Source: an uncultured bacterium (GTDB lineage Bacteria > Babelota > Babeliae > Babelales > Babelaceae). Taken from it: 64,000 nt of DNA. A program made the position numbers and the translations under genes. Positions 58,442 through 64,000 of this stretch are shown here, in pieces. Where the stretch lies: contig CAWKFG010000005.1 of assembly GCA_963848965.1 (NCBI GenBank), forward strand, positions 64,686 through 128,685, written 5' to 3'. The notes beneath the pieces were generated by a model. That model made no database searches, had not been told where the DNA came from, and saw nothing but the letters and a program-made list of their open reading frames with translations. Position 1 is the first letter of the stretch. Every line of letters starts with the position of its first letter.

Positions 58442-58670
58442 ATGAAGAAGTTTGGATAAGTTTTCGCTGCGCTTGGCGCGATCATCATCGGGCGCCGTCG
58501 ATTGCAAGCGCACAGACTGTCGTGATCAAGCGTGGCGGCGTTATCATGGGCATCATCACCATCATGGTGCACGCGCCGAATACGCGGGCATCGTGACCGC
58601 GGCTACCATCGCGGATCGCGGTCACGGTCACCACAACAAGGTCGTGATCATCAAGAAGCATCGTTACTGA
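58442..58670 (+). CDS. Small His-rich secreted protein, frameshifted
   Basis: MKKFG..., SIASAQTVVIKRGG, HGHHHHHGARAE, KVVIIKKHRY spread across frames. Confidence 0.6.
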
Positions 58671-58690
58671 GGCCGACTTAGGCCTCAACG

Positions 58691-58720
58691 GAAAATGGCT
58701 CCTCGCGGAGCCATTTTCTT
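58691..58720. terminator. Terminator hairpin
   Basis: GAAAATGGCTCC-tcgc-GGAGCCATTTTC. Confidence 0.8.
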
Positions 58721-58754
58721 TGTTGCCATCCGCTGTCGCTGATAGCGCGAAAGC

Positions 58755-59927
<1,173 letters not shown>

Positions 59928-60026
59928 TTTCTAGACCTCCCTTTGATGCGACCCAGTATGGACTGGACCTCAGCCCGTGTGTAGCAAAAACCCGAATTCC
60001 GGCGGACGGAAAAGGAGGAATCGCCT

Positions 60027-60858
60027 TCAATCCCACGCCGGCCCGAAGGCGGGATTTACACAACGTTTGTCCTTCGGCAAGGCCGCGATTGCCTTTCGAT
60101 CGTCGTCATCGAGCTGCAGCTTCAGCGCGTCGAGATTGGCTTTTTGGCTTTCGGCGCGCGAAGCTTTCGGGATCGCGGCGACGCCGTCCTGGTCGAGCAA
60201 CCATTTCAGCGCCACCTGTGCGGCGCTGGCATTATGTTTCCGCCCGATCGCGGTAAGAGTCGCGTCGGAGGCCACGCGGCCCTGCGCCAGCGGGCAATAA
60301 GCAACCAGCGGAATCGATTTCGCGCTGAGAAATTGGCGCAGCTTGGTCTGATCCAGCATCGCGTGGTATTCGACCTGGTTGCAGGCAATCGGAGCCTTGA
60401 TCTCCTCGACCACGGTTTTCAAGAGCGCGATGTTGAAATTGGCGACGCCGATGGCGCGGGTGCGGCCTTCCTGCTTCAGCTTCATCAACGTCTCGAACAT
60501 CGCCGGCAGGTTCATGTTCGGCGACGGCCAGTGCACCAGATAGAGATCGACCTGATCGAGCCGGAGCTTCTTCAGGGAAGCATCGAACGCCCGGCGGATC
60601 GCGTCCGGCGCCAGGTTTTCGTTCCAGACCTTGGTGGTGACATGCAGGTCCTTGCGGGCGATGCCGGAGGCGGCGATCGCGGCGCCAATCGGCTCCTCAT
60701 TGCCGTACATCTCCGCGGTGTCGAGATGCCGGTAGCCCAGCGCAATCGCGCTTTCAACCGCGGCGCGGCAGCCATCGCCCTGCATGCGGAAGGTGCCGAG
60801 CCCAAGCCTGGGCAGGGTAATGCCACCAGCTGCAGATCTGCGTTTGCAGATTTTCCAT
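60027..60858 (-). CDS. Aldo/keto reductase (DkgB-like); indel near the start
   Basis: GLGT, DTAEMY, TTKVW, DLYLVHWP, IGVANF, IPKAS. Confidence 0.9.
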
Positions 60859-61145
60859 TGATGCTCCAGGCGAAAAAAGTCCCGCGGGGAAGACGAAAGC
60901 CGCATGGACGGCATTTCATTGAGTGGGATAGGTCGCTATTGAATAGACTGCCCGACAGGGCGCTGGGCAAATCAAGATCAGGTCAGGGGCGATGGGCAAC
61001 GCGTTGCAACGATGGCTGGATACCCATCAATTGCCGGCGATCACCGCCGCCGTGCTCGGCGTGGTCATGACGATTTCGGTGCTGATCGTGCTGATCGGTT
61101 ATCTCGTGACGAGGCCCTGAGCCGACTTGATGCGGCGCATGACCC

Positions 61146-62140
61146 TCATTTCGCCGTTCCGGCCGCGGCAAGAATCGGTGACCAGCGTGCGATCTCGGAC
61201 CGGACAAAGCGATCGAAGATAGAAGGGTTGCGTTCGTCCTTTGCCGGTATCGAACCGCCGAGCTGGGCAATCCGCTCGCGCACGACATCCTCATTCAGCG
61301 TCCGGTCGAGCGCATCGGAAAGCCTGGCGATAATTTCTGGCGAAACGCCTTTCGGCGCAAACAGCCCTGCCCACACGCTCATTTCGTAGTTGATGCCGGC
61401 CTCCTTCGCGGTCGGAACGTTCGGCAGCGTCTCGAGGCGTTTCGCAGCAGAGACCGCGAAGGCCTTGACGAGCCGGCCAAAACCGACTCCGCCACGCTGA
61501 CCGACTGCTCGCACATGAAATCGTCTCGCCCCCGACCAGATCGTTCAAGGCCGGGCCTGAACCGCGGTAGGCGACCAGCGCCGGCTTCGCGCCGACTTCC
61601 GCGGTGAATAAAAGACACGCCATATGCGAGGACGCGCCGATACCGCCATGGGCCTGCTTCACTGCGTCGCCCCGTTGCCGCAGCGCCGCGACGAATTCCT
61701 TCAGATCCTGCGCCGGAAAATCCTTCCGCGCGATCACGACCGCCGGGGAATGGGCGGTGAAGCCGATCGGCTCGAAATCCGCCACGGGATCGTATTTGAG
61801 GTTCGGCGTCAGTACGGGCGCCGCGACATGCGAGCCCATTGCCGCGGCAAGCAACGTATAGCCGTCGGGTGCCCGCCGCGACGCGAGCGCTGCCGACCGT
61901 GCCGCCGGCGCCGCTGACGTTCTCGATGATGATCGATTGGCCGAGGATCCTCGACATCTGGTTGGTGACGATGCGCGCAACGACGTCGCTGGCGCCGCCG
62001 GGAGGGAACGGCACGACCACCGTGATCGCCCGGGACGGATAGTCCTGCGCGGCGACCTCCCCGGCGAAGCCGGCCAATACCATCGCAACCGCGAAAGCTT
62101 TCCAGATACACATGCCAGGTTTCATAACGCGCGCTCCCAT
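61146..62140 (-). CDS. Bug/TctC tripartite tricarboxylate transporter binding protein, frameshifted
   Basis: YPSRAITVVVPFPPGGASD, APDGYTL, YRGSGPALNDL, LPNVPT..EAG in three frames. Confidence 0.88.
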
Positions 62141-62162
62141 CCTTAGCTCTGCGCCGTCACAT

Positions 62163-63170
62163 TTATCCGTCACCGTTCAATATCCGGGCGACCTCGACCG
62201 CACGCCCCTCGCGCGCCGAGAGAATGCCGGCGCGTACCACCGCGAGCGATCGCGTCGGCCTCGCCCCCGACCTCATGCTGGCCCTGCCCGCGCGCCGCCG
62301 CGGCAAACTCCTCGAGCTCCTCGACCAGCGTATCGTTGACAGCGCACGACACCGCGACCGGCTGGCTTTCACCGCGCTTGAGCAGCCGCAGCCCGTTGTG
62401 CAGATCGTAAAACGCCGTCATGTCCTTGCCGTAGACATTCATCAGGTAATACCGGACGCCGAGGCGTAGCTTGCGTTCAGCGTCGAGAGCGCGCCGTTCT
62501 CATGCTGCAGGATCAGGCTTGCGACATCAGGATTGTCGCCAGGCAGCACCAGTTGCACCGACTGCGCCCGTACCGCATGGACCGGCCCGAGCAGATAGGC
62601 GAGCACGTCGATATAGTGGATCCCGATCTGCAGCATCACCCCGCCCGGCATGCCCGCGGCCTGGTAGCGCCAGGAGGTGAGATCGACCTTGCCGAGGCGG
62701 TCGCGAGAGATATTCGCCTCGGCGTTGACGAGCTTGCCGAACCTGCCGGCGTCGATCTGCTGCCTGACATGGCGGAAATGGCTCTCGCGCCGCCGCTGGT
62801 AGCCGAGCGCCAGCACCACGCCGGCCTTGCGGCAGGCCTCGGTGATGGCGCGGCCGTCCGAAATGCTGTTGGCGATCGGCTTGTCCAGAAAGACGTGCTT
62901 GCCGGCCGCTGCCGCCGCGCGGGTGGTCGCCAGATGCACATCGTTCGGCGTCGTGTTGATGATCGCCTCGATCTCGCCATCGGCCAGCAGCGCCTCGTAG
63001 CTCGCGGCCGGCCGGCAGCGGTATTTTGCAGCGAAGTTTTTGCGTTTTTCCTCTGATCGGGTGTAGCAGCCGCGGATCTCGAGCTTGCCCGAGCGCTGGA
63101 TGGCATCCGCCAGAACGTCGGACCACCATCCCATCCCGATACAAGCTACGCGGAGCGGATCGGCACCCAT
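62163..63170 (-). CDS. Gfo/Idh/MocA oxidoreductase, frameshifted
   Basis: IGMGWW, TTPNDVH, GKHVFLDKP, GGVMLQIGIHYID. Confidence 0.88.
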
Positions 63171-63204
63171 GACTTTGCCCCCTCCCAGGGCGGAACTGGC
63201 TATC

Positions 63205-63613
63205 TCATTCCCGCTTCGCGCCGATCGACTCGACCGCCGACTTGGCGATCCGCAAATCGGTCTCCCAATCGCCGCCGCTGACGCCGACGCCGCCGATGAT
63301 TCGCGGTCGACCAGCACCGGCACGCCGCCTTCCATCGCCGTCCACCGTTCCGGACCTGCCGCGAGCGCCAGTCCGATCGCATGGTTGACGTCGAGGTCCT
63401 GCGGTTTGGCCGCGGCGCAAACCGCCTTGGTGGTGCAGGAGTGCACGGTATGGAAGCGGCCGCCGTCCATTCGTTCGATCAGGATCGCATGACCGCCGGC
63501 ATCCACGATGGCGCAGGAAATCGCGATGTTGGCCTGGCCGGCCAATTCCACCGCGTCGCCATGATCTTTTTCGCGCCCTGATGCGTCAGGCGCTTGCTCT
63601 CGGCGACAAACAT
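63205..63613 (-). CDS. GlcG/HbpS-family heme-binding protein, frameshifted
   Basis: AIVDAGGH..IERMDG, TKAVCA, GGVPV, IIGGVGVSGG. Confidence 0.85.
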
Positions 63614-63805
63614 GGCGGGGCTCCGGTTGGGAGGGACAGGCGAATTGTGCGCCACCGCTGCGCCTCCTTCAAGAATTATTGCGCAACTTCCAGATGCGAC
63701 TTTGCGCCCTGCTCGCCGCAGGGCGGTGAAACCTATCCAGACTATGCGGCGCGAACATGGAAGGTTACGAGGGATTCCGTGCCGACGATCCCGCGATCGA
63801 AGGCG

Positions 63806-64000
63806 TCAGATATGCTGCGCCATGATCTGGCCGGGCCGCGCATCCGGACGGGGCTCGATATCGACCGACCAGAGGTCGCGGTTGTCGACGTCCTTCAGCG
63901 TCACCGTCATCACTTCGGTCTTGCCGTCGATGTCGACACGGCCGAAAAACTGCAGGCCGAAACAGGGCGCGAGATTCTTCACCACTGCAGCCCTTCTGGA
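63806..64000 (-). CDS. C-terminal end of a PhoD-like alkaline phosphatase
   Basis: NLAPCFGLQFFGRVDIDGKTEVMTVTLKDVDNRDLWSVDIEP. Confidence 0.7.
   Translation of the reverse strand, partial: SRRAAVVKNLAPCFGLQFFGRVDIDGKTEVMTVTLKDVDNRDLWSVDIEPRPDARPGQIMAQHI

Noticed and set aside
62442..63551. Apparent GlcG-Gfo/Idh/MocA fusion protein
   Set aside because: Produced by a frameshift; the GlcG C-terminus and stop lie in another frame (63205..63420)

Overview
The window has two very different parts. Positions 1-~57125 are AT-rich (roughly 35% GC by eye), gene-dense chromosomal DNA. Its content fits a protist-infecting intracellular bacterium, most likely Babelota/Dependentiae (TM6); this assignment is an inference. 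It carries housekeeping genes (aspS, gatB, rng, pal-like, mnmE, jag, ruvA, orn, priA, polA, tRNA-Gly) and many signal-peptide-bearing proteins with eukaryote-like domains (ankyrin, WD40, Cys-rich, coiled-coil). At ~57126-57131 the sequence switches mid-gene to GC-rich (roughly 65% by eye), Bradyrhizobium-like DNA with many frameshifts, which is probably a chimeric join or contamination. Highlights: (1) a cluster of 3-4 membrane-anchored AAA+ ATPases closely resembling mitochondrial ATAD3, one intact and the others with altered Walker motifs or no ATPase core; (2) a ~3 kb islet bounded by a synonymously recoded duplicate of the gatB 3' end, carrying a toxin-antitoxin pair, IS remnants and a gene framed by ~130-bp inverted repeats; (3) a chromosomal ParA + RHH cassette behind a 1.2 kb region of degenerate repeats; (4) a tandem two-domain Ddl whose halves differ at the Tyr/Phe specificity position; (5) a secreted tail-fibre-like protein with an altered S74 chaperone motif; (6) a recurring signal peptide + Met-Glu motif in putative effectors.
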